This document shows positions 63,007 to 64,000 of a stretch of DNA of 64,000 bases, piece by piece (position 1 is the stretch's first letter; each line of letters starts with the position of its first letter). The notes under the pieces are model-generated. The model was not told where the DNA came from and did no database searches. It saw nothing but the letters and a program-made list of their open reading frames with translations. A program made the translations under genes and the position numbers. The stretch comes from Phoronis australis (Eukaryota; Animalia; Phoronida): positions 87,990 through 151,989 of the forward strand of contig NMRA01000778.1 of the NCBI GenBank assembly GCA_002633005.1, given 5' to 3'.

Positions 63007-64000
63007 ACCATTGATGTCTACTGTACTCGCGGCGCAAGAGTTTACAATTACACGAGGAACAAAAATCAACTCAAAGTTTGGTCGAGGTTGTAAAAGTTTG
63101 CTACACACACCTATAATTTTATTTCCCTACACGTACTTATAAATAATGCAACTGAGATAGTATAAAATGTCATTAGTCTCAACAAAGACTATACGTGACA
63201 TGTCACACTGCCTCAAAGCCATTAGTAGGAGGTGACCCCGGGAGGTCCAGAGGAGGGTGTCCTCACCGATGAGAGACATTTAAAGCCTATCTTCAACTGT
63301 AACACCTCTGAACTTGGTTCGTACAGTATTTTAAGAGCATCGCTCTGAGCCCACTAGTGCCGGCCATTAATTGCCAAATAACACCCGCAGGCAATGGTAT
63401 TCTATTCAGACTTCTATTCAATAAAACTGTTATCGGCCTTTTGATGTTTGTGCTGGGATCTCACGGTGACTCAACATGGCACGAAAAGGCAGCTTCATTT
63501 ATCATTTGACGGGTTTACATTTGCGTGATTGAACTCGCGTTTTCTTATTTTACTATGGCTTTGCCAGGACTATCTCTAAAATAACAAAATTCCGTTGAAG
63601 TTAGGCTGTAACTGTTTTAAGCTTATTAATTTTTAACCTTTCACGACTTACGCCTATTCCTAAACACGCAGTTGTGTTATGGCATAAGCAAAATAGTTGT
63701 TTTGAACTTAGCGTTAATGCAATAAAATCAACAGATCTTATTCGTAAGTTACCAAACACGTTTAATTATGATTCTAATCCGTTTCTTTATTTTCGTTTTA
63801 CTTATCTGAATAAAACAAACCATGCTTTCTACGATATCGGATAAGTATATTGTAACAAGACTGAAAACGAGAATTGTTACATTTCTCCAGTCGTTCAGAT
63901 GGACTGAATATTGATGCTGGATGATTACCATACATATAAATGGTGCGTTTTAGTTTTACATACTGTAGCCTGGCCAGGGCTCAGACAGTTGTCACCAGTC

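Overview
AT-rich animal (invertebrate-like) genomic DNA from a draft assembly with N gaps. No prokaryotic features. In order on the + strand: (1) the 3' half of an intron-rich choline transporter-like gene (SLC44A2/4/5 group), exons 2848-12485, which includes a pair of apparently mutually exclusive homologous exons; (2) an intronless CPFC glutaredoxin with an N-terminal extension; (3) a tandem cluster of single-coding-exon C2H2 zinc-finger genes (one pseudogene, then 18-, 10-, 9- and 9-finger ORFs), all sharing a strongly conserved 43-aa N-terminal motif I do not recognise as KRAB, ZAD, BTB or SCAN; (4) a THAP-domain relic; (5) an intronless GT92/DUF23-like type II membrane glycosyltransferase. 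The space between genes is full of MITEs, a 5'-truncated LINE, Kolobok-like TTAA insertions and minisatellites. Several near-identical tandem duplications are joined by a single N and are probably two haplotypes assembled side by side. All calls come from manual reading and translation; no database searches were run.
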